This document shows, one piece after another, positions 24,528 to 32,000 of a stretch of 32,000 bases of DNA; position 1 is the stretch's first letter, and each line of letters starts with the position of its first letter. The notes under the pieces were generated by a model, which did not search any database, was not told where the DNA came from, and worked only from the letters and a program-made list of their open reading frames with translations. The DNA is from Delftia acidovorans NBRC 14950 (GTDB taxonomy: Bacteria > Pseudomonadota > Gammaproteobacteria > Burkholderiales > Burkholderiaceae_C). The translations under genes and the position numbers were made by a program. The stretch covers positions 30,001 through 62,000 of the forward strand of contig NZ_BCZP01000023.1 in assembly GCF_001598795.1 (NCBI RefSeq), written 5' to 3'.

Positions 24528-25864
24528 CGATGGCAGCTACCGCCTCCTTCGCATCGTCTTCGTCGGTACGCCCCGTGCTGTCGCACCCGTCAGCGCCATC
24601 GCTGTGGGCAGCCACTGCGCCCGCCGCACCGCCCACGCCACCGCTGGCGGCACCGCTGACCACCACCGACGTGCTGGTGATCGGCGCGGGATATACCGGC
24701 CTGTCGGCAGCACTGCATTTAGCCGAAAGCGGCGCCAGCGTGTACGTGCTTGACGCCCATGCTCCCGGCTGGGGTGCGTCGGGCCGCAACGGCGGCCAGG
24801 TGAACCCCACCCTCAAGTACGACCCCGACGAACTGCAGCGCATCCACGGCGCCGCTCGTGGCGAGCGGCTGATCGACGCCGTCTCCCGCTCGGCCGACCT
24901 TGTGTACGGGTTGATCGAACGGCACGGCATCGACTGCGCGCCCGTGCGTGCCGGCTGGCTGCAGGTCGGATACACCCAGCAGGCGGTGGACGGCATGCAC
25001 GCACGCGCCCGGCAGTGGGAACGGCGCGGCGTGCGCGTGGAACTGCTGGACCGCGCTGCCACGGCAGCACGCACAGGCACGCCCGCCTTTGCCGGCGGCT
25101 GGCTGGATGGACGCGCCGGCGCCATACAGCCCCTGGCCTACGTGCGTGGACTGGTGCGCGCCGCACAGGCCCTGGGCGTGCAGGTTCACAGCGAATCGCC
25201 CGTGCTGGCACTGGAGCGCCAGGGCACGGACCACTGGGTCGCCACCACGGCCCAGGGTCACCGCATACAGGCCAGGCAGGTGCTGCTGGGCACCAACGGC
25301 TATACCGATGGCCTGTGGCCTGGTCTGGCGCGCACGGTGCTGGCAGCCAACAGCTTCATCGTGGCCACGCAGCCCCTGGGCAAGGCGGGCGCGCACATCC
25401 TGCCCGGGGGCGAGACAGGCTCGACCTCGCAGCGCCTGCTGCTGTACTTTCGCAAGGACGCACAAGGCCGTCTGCTCATGGGCGGGCGCGGACATTTTGC
25501 GGACCCGCAGGGCGCAGGCGACTATGCCCACCTGGAACGCGCCGTGGCGCTGATGTTTCCCGGCCTGGGCCCCCTCCAATACGAGTACCGCTGGGCCGGG
25601 CGCATCGCCGTCACACGCGACTTCATGCCCCATCTGCACCAGCCTGCCCCCGGCATCACCATGGCCCTGGGCTACAACGGCCGCGGCATTGCCATGGCCA
25701 CCCTGCTGGGGCGGGAGGCGGCAGCGCTGATGGTCGGCGGAAATGCGCTGGCCTGCCCTTTTCCGGTAACGCCGGTTCAGCCAATACCGCTGCATGGGTT
25801 GCAACGGTTGTACATAGCGGCGGGAGTGGCCTGGTACAGCCTGCTGGACCGGCTGGGGGCGTGA
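24524..25864 (+). CDS. FAD-dependent oxidoreductase (DAO family; PuuB/OrdL or opine-oxidase-like)
   Basis: ATGA overlap with the ATPase stop, and AGGAGG lies 7 nt upstream. Dinucleotide fold [39 protein letters not shown] is present. The first 221 codons of the 667-aa track ORF are an out-of-frame overlap with the ATPase gene. Confidence 0.88.
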   Translation: MTMAATASFASSSSVRPVLSHPSAPSLWAATAPAAPPTPPLAAPLTTTDVLVIGAGYTGLSAALHLAESGASVYVLDAHAPGWGASGRNGGQVNPTLKYDPDELQRIHGAARGERLIDAVSRSADLVYGLIERHGIDCAPVRAGWLQVGYTQQAVDGMHARARQWERRGVRVELLDRAATAARTGTPAFAGGWLDGRAGAIQPLAYVRGLVRAAQALGVQVHSESPVLALERQGTDHWVATTAQGHRIQARQVLLGTNGYTDGLWPGLARTVLAANSFIVATQPLGKAGAHILPGGETGSTSQRLLLYFRKDAQGRLLMGGRGHFADPQGAGDYAHLERAVALMFPGLGPLQYEYRWAGRIAVTRDFMPHLHQPAPGITMALGYNGRGIAMATLLGREAAALMVGGNALACPFPVTPVQPIPLHGLQRLYIAAGVAWYSLLDRLGA

Positions 25865-25884
25865 GGTTCAGTGGGGACAGCCGA

Positions 25885-26454
25885 TCAAGCCGCGCCGGCC
25901 TGGCGCATCAGCCGCAGCGCCTGCTGCGCCACGCGCTCGCCGAACACGCGCGCCGTCTCCAGGTCGCCCGGCAGCATCTCGGCGGCCGAGGCATCCGAGG
26001 CCGATTGCGCCATGGCACCGCTGAAGGCGCCTATCCAGTTGAGGTCATTGCGCTGCGCGGCGCGCGCGTTGGACGGCAACATGCCGCTGCCCACCCACAG
26101 GCCACCATGCTGCATGGCCAGCTGGAACAGGTAGTCCAGCGTGGTCTGCTTGTTGCCGTTGACACTGGCACTGTTGGTGAAGCCGGCGAACAGCTTGTCC
26201 TTCCAGGCCTGCACGAACCACGGCTTGGAAGAGGCATCGGCAAAGCGCTTGAACTGCCAGCTCGGCCCGCCCATGTAGGTGGGCGATCCAAAGACGATGG
26301 CGTCTGCCGCCGCCAGCAACTCCCAGCCACCCGCAGGCAGCTGGCCGTCGCTGTCGATCGACAGCATGCGCGCGCCTGCGCCGTCGGCCACGGCCTGGGC
26401 CATGCGCTGGGTGTGTCCGTAACCCGAGTGGTAGACCACCACGATATCTGCCAT
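25885..26454 (-). CDS. Flavodoxin-fold NAD(P)H-dependent (quinone) oxidoreductase, WrbA-like
   Basis: MADIVVVYHSGYGHTQRMAQAVADGA and AIVFGSPTYMGGPSWQFKRF are present. ATG 26454 is the internal start of track ORF 25885..26565. Confidence 0.85.
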   Translation of the reverse strand: MADIVVVYHSGYGHTQRMAQAVADGAGARMLSIDSDGQLPAGGWELLAAADAIVFGSPTYMGGPSWQFKRFADASSKPWFVQAWKDKLFAGFTNSASVNGNKQTTLDYLFQLAMQHGGLWVGSGMLPSNARAAQRNDLNWIGAFSGAMAQSASDASAAEMLPGDLETARVFGERVAQQALRLMRQAGAA

Positions 26455-26532
26455 ACAAGAAATCCAATCCTCAGACGCCCTGCGCAGCCACAGGCCAGCC
26501 AGCGCCGCATTCATCAATCCATCCACGCCAAA

Positions 26533-26559
26533 GGGCCCCGCAGCGCTGCTGCGGGGCCC
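26533..26559 (-). terminator. Strong hairpin after the DoxX gene
   Basis: GGGCCCCGCAGC-gct-GCTGCGGGGCCC: a perfect 12-bp stem, 56 nt after the DoxX stop. The downstream T-tract is short (TTTGG). Confidence 0.5.
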
Positions 26560-26614
26560 ACTCAAGGCAGTAGCCTAACAAAAATCAGGGCATGGCCAAC
26601 GCTGCCCCACCCAC

Positions 26615-27022
26615 TCAATGGCGGCGCGCATCCACGCTCCAGCCACCGGCACCGTGGGCGGCAAAGCCCAGCAGGCCGCCAGTCACGGCGATGTTCTTCC
26701 AGAACAGCAGCTGCTGCATCATGGCCGCGTCGGCCGGCACGCTCCAGTAGGCATGGAAGAAGAAGCTGGCCACCAGCGTGAAGAACGCCAGCACCAGGGC
26801 CGCCCAGCGCGTGCACCAGCCCAGCAGCAAGGCCAGGCCGCCGACGATCTCCACCACCAGGGCAATGGCCACGCCGATCTGCGGCATGGGCATGCCTACC
26901 GATGCGGCATAGCCCACGGTCCCGGCGAAGCCTCCGATTTTCTGAAAGCCCGCAGGCACGAACATCAGCGCGATCAGGATGCGGCCGGCCAGCGCCAGCG
27001 GGTTGCTCAGACGGTTCAACAT
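26615..27022 (-). CDS. DoxX family membrane protein
   Basis: 135 aa with four hydrophobic helices. LAGRILIALMFVPAGFQKIGGF and FFFHAYW are typical of DoxX. Confidence 0.9.
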   Translation of the reverse strand: MLNRLSNPLALAGRILIALMFVPAGFQKIGGFAGTVGYAASVGMPMPQIGVAIALVVEIVGGLALLLGWCTRWAALVLAFFTLVASFFFHAYWSVPADAAMMQQLLFWKNIAVTGGLLGFAAHGAGGWSVDARRH

Positions 27023-27066
27023 GATGGGTACTCCTCGTGAATCTTCAGAGCGTGCTGTGCACGCTC

Positions 27067-27768
27067 TCAGGCTTGCAGATCGAACACCAGGACCTCGGAC
27101 TGTTCCCCGTCGTGCAGGCGCAGTCGCGGTTCATTCTCCACAAGGGCCGCATCGCCCGTTGTCAGCCGTTGCCCATTGACACTCAGCGCGCCGCGCACCA
27201 GGTGCACATAGGTCTTGCGGCCGGCGGGCAGTTCCAGCTCGGCCTGCTCATCGCCGTCGAACAGCCCGGCATACAGCCGGGCATCGGCATGGACGCTGAC
27301 CGAGCCCTCGGCGCCATCGGGCGAGGCCACCAGGCGCAGCCGGCCGCGCTTTTCCTCGTCGGCAAAGGCTTTTTGCGCATAGCCGGGCGCTATGCCCGTC
27401 TCGCTGGGCAGCAGCCAGATCTGCAGGAAATGCGTGGTCTGGCCCGGCGCATGGTTGTGCTCGCTGTGGACCACGCCCGAGCCGGCGCTCATGCGCTGCA
27501 CCTCGCCGGGCGAGATGGTCTGCTCGTTGCCCATGCTGTCCTTGTGCGAGAGCCGGCCTTCGAGCACGTAGCTGATGATCTCCATGTCCTTGTGGCCATG
27601 GGAGCCGAAGCCCGTGCCCGGGGCGATGTGGTCCTCGTTGATCACGCGCAGGTTGCCAAAGCCCATGTGGCGCGGATCGTGGTAGCCCGCAAACGAGAAG
27701 CTGTGGTGCGAGCGCAGCCAGCCATGGTCGGCATGGCCGCGTTCCCGGGATTTGCGCAGGGCGATCAT
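27067..27768 (-). CDS. Pirin family protein (bicupin; quercetinase-like YhhW/YhaK type)
   Basis: RGHADHGWLRSHHSFSFAGYHDP and GFGSHGHKDMEIISYVLEG (metal-binding His) are present. ATG 27768 is the internal start of the 260-aa track ORF. Confidence 0.9.
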   Translation of the reverse strand: MIALRKSRERGHADHGWLRSHHSFSFAGYHDPRHMGFGNLRVINEDHIAPGTGFGSHGHKDMEIISYVLEGRLSHKDSMGNEQTISPGEVQRMSAGSGVVHSEHNHAPGQTTHFLQIWLLPSETGIAPGYAQKAFADEEKRGRLRLVASPDGAEGSVSVHADARLYAGLFDGDEQAELELPAGRKTYVHLVRGALSVNGQRLTTGDAALVENEPRLRLHDGEQSEVLVFDLQA

Positions 27769-27873
27769 GTTTTTGTCCCTTTCCAACGTGTCAGATCTTC
27801 GAAACTCTTGCGTCGATGGCTCCACTGTAGAAGCCGCTGCCGCAGGCAAGGCGCAGCAGGATTGATGGCATCA

Positions 27874-27888
27874 TTCAAAGCTTTTGAA
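27874..27888. promoter_or_regulatory. Palindromic T-N11-A-like element in the pirin/LysR divergent region (candidate LysR box)
   Basis: TTCAAAGCTTTTGAA has TTCAA/TTGAA arms and lies 14 nt upstream of the lysR-family ATG. Confidence 0.25.
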
Positions 27889-27901
27889 GCCATAACGCCC
27901 C

Positions 27902-28840
27902 ATGCCCAGCCCCCGTGACGTGCTCACCCCCGACAGCCTGGCCATGCTCCAGGCCATTGCCGAGGCCGGCAGCTTTGCCGCCGCTGCACGCCAGTTGGGC
28001 CTGGTGCCCAGTGCCCTGACCTACCGTGTGCGCCAGATCGAAGATGCGCTGGACGTGCTGCTGTTCGACCGCCGCTCGCGCCACGCCCAGCCCACCGAGG
28101 CCGGCCGGGAGCTGCTGCGCGAGGGGGTGCGCCTGCTGCATGAGATCGACACCGTGGCGCATCGCGTGCGCCGCGTGGCCACGGGCTGGGAGCCGCACCT
28201 GACCATCGTGGTCGATGGTGCCGTGGCGCGCACGCCGATGCTGGAGCTGGTCGAGGCCTTCTACGCCATGCAGCCACCCACGCGGCTGAAGCTGCGCGAC
28301 GGCATCCTCACCGGCACGCTGGAGACGCTGACCTCGGGCCGGGCCGACCTGGCCATCGGGGTGGCGGTCAACTCCAGCAACGTAGCGGGCCTGCAGGCCT
28401 GCGAGCTGGGCGAGCTGGACTTCGTCTTTGCCGTGGCGCCCCACCATCCGCTGGCCACGGCGCCCGAGCCCATCACCGACGCCACCTTGCTGCAGCACCG
28501 CATCATCGCCGTGGCCGATTCAGGCCTGCGCGACAGCGCCAGCATGGGCCTGCTCAGCGGCCAGGACATCTTCACCGTGGACTCCATGCAGGCCAAGATC
28601 GAGGCCCAGGTGCGCGGCATAGGCTGCGGCTTCCTGCCCCATTTCATGGCCGATGTGTATGTGCAGGCCGGCCTGCTGGTGACGCGCCAGGTCGCCCGGC
28701 CCTCGCGCAATGTTCGCATGCACTACGCATGGTCCTGCCCGCCGCAGCAGGTCCCGCCGCGCGCGCTGCAGTGGTGGCTGCAGCAGTTGGAGAGCCCCGC
28801 CACGCGCCGCGCTCTCATGGAAAATCATCACCGACATTGA
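27902..28840 (+). CDS. LysR family transcriptional regulator
   Basis: 312 aa. The N-terminal HTH reads LAMLQAIAEAGSFAAAARQLGLVPSALTYRVRQIEDAL. A LysR substrate-binding domain follows. The gene is divergent from the pirin gene. Confidence 0.9.
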   Translation: MPSPRDVLTPDSLAMLQAIAEAGSFAAAARQLGLVPSALTYRVRQIEDALDVLLFDRRSRHAQPTEAGRELLREGVRLLHEIDTVAHRVRRVATGWEPHLTIVVDGAVARTPMLELVEAFYAMQPPTRLKLRDGILTGTLETLTSGRADLAIGVAVNSSNVAGLQACELGELDFVFAVAPHHPLATAPEPITDATLLQHRIIAVADSGLRDSASMGLLSGQDIFTVDSMQAKIEAQVRGIGCGFLPHFMADVYVQAGLLVTRQVARPSRNVRMHYAWSCPPQQVPPRALQWWLQQLESPATRRALMENHHRH

Positions 28841-28974
28841 GCTGGCGCACGCCGCCGGGCGGTCTTCGCGGGTGTAGAGTGGTTACAGGTCCCGGCCTGC
28901 CACGCCGCTGCGGTGCAACAGGCCGGAAAGGACATGCTTCCCGGAATCTGCCACTGCCCGCAAAGGTCTGCTCC

Positions 28975-30102
28975 ATGAACGCTTCCCGCGCCGCCTCCAA
29001 GTCCACGGTCAAGAAAAAGGCCACCAAGCCCCCCGAAGCCTCCAAGGCGCGCCCCAAGGCCGGCGCGCGCCGCATCGCCGTGATCGGTGCCGGCATGGCG
29101 GGCCTGGCCTGCGCCCGCACGCTGATGCAGGCCGGCCACGATGTCCATGTCTACGAACGGCTGCCCCAGGTGGGCGGGCGCATGCGCTCTGTCAACGCCG
29201 CGCATGGCGCCTTCGACATCGGCGCGCAGTATTTCACCGTGCGCGATAAGCGCTTCGAGCTGGCCCTGCAGACCGTGCCCGGCCTGTGCCGCCCCTGGAG
29301 CGTGAGCACGCTGCGCGTGCTGGATGCGCAGGGCCGCCAGTCCAGCGCTGCACCCGCACCCACCGAAGCCCATTGGGTGGCCACGCCCGACATGCAGGCC
29401 CTGCCGCTGGCCTGGGCCGCGCCGCTGTGGGATGCCGACCGCCTGCACCTGGGCCAGCGCGTGACCAAGCTCGAACGCCAGCCCGGATCGCGCGGCTGGA
29501 GCCTGCATGTGGAGACGACCGAGCCGACCACGCAGATCCGCGCAGGCTTCGATGAAGTGATACTCGCCCTGCCCGCGCCCCAGGCGCGCCAGCTGCTGCA
29601 GACCACGCCCCTGGCCCTGTCGCTGGTGCAGGGCATGGCGGCCGTGGAAATGGCGCCCTGCTGGGCGCTGACGCTGTCCTACCCCATGGCCACCGAGGCC
29701 GGCCTGTCCACCCTGGGGCCGCAGTGGAATGCGGCCCGCACCACGCATGAGCGCGCGGTCTGGGTGGCACGTGAATCCTCCAAGCCGGGCCGCTCCCAAA
29801 GCGAACGCTGGACCGTGCTGGCCAGCCCCCAATGGTCGCAGGAGCACCGCGCCGACGACGCCCCGCGCGTGCTGGCCAAGATGCAGAAGGCCTTTGGCGA
29901 GATCACGCGCATCCGCATCCCTCCCCGCCATGCCAGCGTCTACCTCTGGCCCCATGCGCAGACCCTGTCGCCGCTGGGCCGCAGCCATTTGCGCAACAAG
30001 GATGCGGGCCTGGGCCTGTGCGGCGACTGGTGCATTGGCCGCCGCGTGGAGGATGCCTTTGTCTCGGGACTGGAAATGGCCCTGGCGTTGGTTGCAGACT
30101 GA
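28975..30102 (+). CDS. NAD(P)/FAD-dependent oxidoreductase, renalase-like (COG3380 type)
   Basis: IAVIGAGMAGLACARTLMQAGHDVHVYERLPQVGGR, FDIGAQYFT and a C-terminal LGLCGDWC...RVEDAFVSG are present. ATG 28975 is the internal start of track ORF 28729..30102. Confidence 0.8.
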   Translation: MNASRAASKSTVKKKATKPPEASKARPKAGARRIAVIGAGMAGLACARTLMQAGHDVHVYERLPQVGGRMRSVNAAHGAFDIGAQYFTVRDKRFELALQTVPGLCRPWSVSTLRVLDAQGRQSSAAPAPTEAHWVATPDMQALPLAWAAPLWDADRLHLGQRVTKLERQPGSRGWSLHVETTEPTTQIRAGFDEVILALPAPQARQLLQTTPLALSLVQGMAAVEMAPCWALTLSYPMATEAGLSTLGPQWNAARTTHERAVWVARESSKPGRSQSERWTVLASPQWSQEHRADDAPRVLAKMQKAFGEITRIRIPPRHASVYLWPHAQTLSPLGRSHLRNKDAGLGLCGDWCIGRRVEDAFVSGLEMALALVAD

Positions 30103-30157
30103 ACCAGGCCACCAGGTCCTGGCAGGGGGCGGCGCAAGGCCTTAACATCCGGCCCCG

Positions 30158-31096
30158 ATGATTCCCGCCGCCCCTGAATCCGCCGAAACCGGCTCCGCAC
30201 CCGCCCCATCCCCGTATGTCGGCCGCTTTGCGCCCTCACCCACGGGCCTGCTGCATGCAGGCTCCCTGGTGGCGGCGCTGGCCAGCTGGCTGGACGCACG
30301 CGCCCATGGCGGCCGCTGGCTGGTGCGCATCGAGGACATAGACCCTCCGCGCTGCCAGCCCGGTGCCGACACCGCCATCCTGAACCAGCTTGCCACCTGC
30401 GGCCTGCTGCCGGATGAAGAGCCTGTCTGGCAGTCCCGCCGCCACACCTTCTACGAAAGCGCACTGGAGCGGCTCAAGGCCGGCGGCCTGGCCTATCCCT
30501 GCGGCTGCACGCGCAAGGACATCGAGGCAGCCTGGGAAAACCTGGGCTGGGCCCATGAGCGCCATGTGGAGCGGCCCTACCCCGGCACCTGCCGCGACGG
30601 CCTGCACGGCAAGAGCGCCCGGGCCTGGCGCTTTGCGCTGGACCGCTTCACCCGCCACGACCCCGTGCTGCACTGGCAGGACCGCCGCTTGGGCGCCCAG
30701 CAGCAGGATGTGATCCACGGCGTGGGCGACTTTGTCCTGCGCCGGGCCGACGGCCTGTGGGCCTACCAGTTGGCCGTGGTCGTCGATGACGGCCTGCAGG
30801 GCATCACCCATGTGGTGCGCGGCGCCGACCTCGCCGACAATACGCCCCGCCAGATACTGCTGCAGCGCGCCCTGGGCATAGATCACCCGCAGTATCTGCA
30901 CACGCCGCTGGTGCTCATGCCCGACGGCGAAAAGCTTTCCAAGCAGCACGGCGCACCCGCACTGGACCTGAGCGCCCCCGTGGCCGCGCTGCGCACCGCA
31001 GCCGCCCACCTGGGACTGCCCCAGCCATCACCCCAGGCCACATTGGGCGAAGCGCTGCAGTTCTGGGTCAGGGGCTGGCGCCATACATACAATTGA
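30158..31096 (+). CDS. gluQ: tRNA glutamyl-Q(34) synthetase (GluQRS/YadB)
   Basis: [16 protein letters not shown] (HIGH-like), [42 protein letters not shown] and KLSKQ are present. Confidence 0.9.
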   Translation: MIPAAPESAETGSAPAPSPYVGRFAPSPTGLLHAGSLVAALASWLDARAHGGRWLVRIEDIDPPRCQPGADTAILNQLATCGLLPDEEPVWQSRRHTFYESALERLKAGGLAYPCGCTRKDIEAAWENLGWAHERHVERPYPGTCRDGLHGKSARAWRFALDRFTRHDPVLHWQDRRLGAQQQDVIHGVGDFVLRRADGLWAYQLAVVVDDGLQGITHVVRGADLADNTPRQILLQRALGIDHPQYLHTPLVLMPDGEKLSKQHGAPALDLSAPVAALRTAAAHLGLPQPSPQATLGEALQFWVRGWRHTYN

Positions 31097-31136
31097 GCCC
31101 GTGAACCCAATTTCTTCCCCCCAAGCCGAGCAGTCC

Positions 31137-31916
31137 ATGGACGGCGATACCCCGAACACCATGTCCGCTGCCCCCGGTGCGCCGCACGATTCCTCTTCGC
31201 CCTCCACACCTGCGGCCGCCCGTACCGGCCAGCCGCCCGAGGGCGTGGCCCATCCCAAGACCATCAAGAGCTATGTGCGCCGCGCCGGCCGCACCACGAC
31301 AGGCCAGGCCAAGGCCTTCGAGGAGCTGGGTCCGCGCTTCGTGCTGAACTACCAGGCCGCGCCGCTGGACGCCTTGGCCACCTATGGCCGCCAGGCCCCC
31401 CTGATCCTGGAGATCGGCTTCGGCATGGGCGAGGCCACGGCCCACATCGCGCGCGTGCGCCCCGATGACAACTTCCTGTGCTGCGAGGTGCACGAGCCCG
31501 GCGTGGGCGCCCTGCTCAAGCGCATTGGCGAGCAGGACATCTCCAACATCCGCATCCTGCAGCACGACGCCGTCGAAGTCATCGACAACATGCTGCCCGA
31601 GGCCAGCCTGGACGGCATCCACATCTTCTTCCCCGATCCCTGGCACAAGAAAAAGCACAACAAGCGCCGCCTGATCCAGGAGCCTCTGGTGGCCAAGCTG
31701 GCGCGCCGGCTGCGTCCCGGTGGCTACATCCACTGCGCCACCGACTGGGAGCCCTATGCGGTGCAGATGCTGGAAGTGCTGGGCGCGGAGCCCCTGCTGG
31801 CCAACACGGCCGAAGGCTATGCCGCCAAGCCCGACTACCGGCCGCTGACCAAGTTCGAAAACCGTGGCATCCGCCTGGGCCACGGTGTGTGGGATCTGGT
31901 GTTTGAGCGCCGCTGA
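31137..31916 (+). CDS. trmB: tRNA (guanine(46)-N7)-methyltransferase
   Basis: [43 protein letters not shown] and TKFENRG are present. The start is uncertain (GTG 31101, ATG 31137 or 31161). Confidence 0.9.
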   Translation: MDGDTPNTMSAAPGAPHDSSSPSTPAAARTGQPPEGVAHPKTIKSYVRRAGRTTTGQAKAFEELGPRFVLNYQAAPLDALATYGRQAPLILEIGFGMGEATAHIARVRPDDNFLCCEVHEPGVGALLKRIGEQDISNIRILQHDAVEVIDNMLPEASLDGIHIFFPDPWHKKKHNKRRLIQEPLVAKLARRLRPGGYIHCATDWEPYAVQMLEVLGAEPLLANTAEGYAAKPDYRPLTKFENRGIRLGHGVWDLVFERR

Positions 31917-31950
31917 GCCGGTCGCGCCCTCTTCCAATACAAGGCCTCGC

Positions 31951-32000
31951 ATGCAGCCATTGCTACAGAATCTGGTCGAGATGACGGCCCACAGGGACCA
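31951..32000 (+). CDS. 5' end of an ORF running off the window (MQPLLQNLVEMTAHRD...); function not determinable here
   Basis: The ATG at 31951 lies 35 nt after the trmB stop. Only 16 codons are visible. Confidence 0.3.
   Translation, partial: MQPLLQNLVEMTAHRD

Noticed and set aside
23861-26781. Over-long ORFs: 667 aa (23861..25864), 588 aa (25015..26781) and 361 aa (24719..25804, minus strand)
   Set aside because: The first 221 codons of 23861..25864 are an alternative frame over the ABC ATPase gene. The real oxidase starts at ATG 24524, with an AGGAGG SD and an ATGA overlap. The other two are out-of-frame or antisense Arg/Pro/Gly-rich artefacts over the oxidase and flavodoxin genes.
1-32000. 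Searched for CRISPR arrays, tRNA/rRNA genes, IS elements, integrases, prophage genes, toxin-antitoxin pairs and compositional islands
   Set aside because: I saw no direct-repeat/spacer periodicity, no cloverleaf-like intergenic sequence and no transposase- or recombinase-like ORF. The largest non-coding gap is only about 285 nt. GC content looks uniform except for short AT-richer promoter regions, for example 22060-22150.

Overview
High-GC (visually about 65-68%), densely coding chromosomal segment. Its proteins look betaproteobacterial, Comamonadaceae-like; that placement is an inference from protein similarity only. I support about 34 protein-coding genes. I found no rRNA, tRNA, CRISPR array, transposase, integrase or phage gene. 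Many long ORFs in the six-frame track are antisense or out-of-frame artefacts typical of GC-rich DNA. Gene order, left to right: a YddA-like SbmA/BacA-ABC fusion transporter (cut by the window edge); a split chrA pair plus an aldo/keto reductase; a TetR-CobB(sirtuin) pair lying divergent from five tightly packed small ligand-binding-fold proteins (2x PF06983/PhnB-like, VOC/glyoxalase, SRPBCC/AHSA1, DUF1428); rlmB; sstT; divergent ybbA/tesA; a 61-aa Lys/Glu-rich ORF; a DUF2189 membrane protein; a Tat-lipoprotein PhoD; metC; a BON lipoprotein; a SulP-STAS permease followed by a sensor-less GGDEF cyclase and an orphan FleN/FlhG-type MinD ATPase; trhO; an IclR-regulated amino-acid ABC importer with a DAO-family FAD oxidase; a LysR-pirin-DoxX-flavodoxin redox cluster; a renalase-like oxidoreductase; gluQ; trmB. 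This is mostly ordinary core and accessory metabolism, and I see no obvious defence island. The most unusual items are: (1) the overlapping diguanylate cyclase/FleN-like ATPase pair with no flagellar context; (2) the TetR-linked sirtuin facing the five-gene cluster of uncharacterised small-molecule-binding folds; (3) several dual-purpose or unexplained RNA/DNA structures, namely the sstT leader hairpin, the Pho-box-like element that is also a hairpin, and the metC 5' architecture. All functional calls rest on motif and family recognition by eye. No database search was run.
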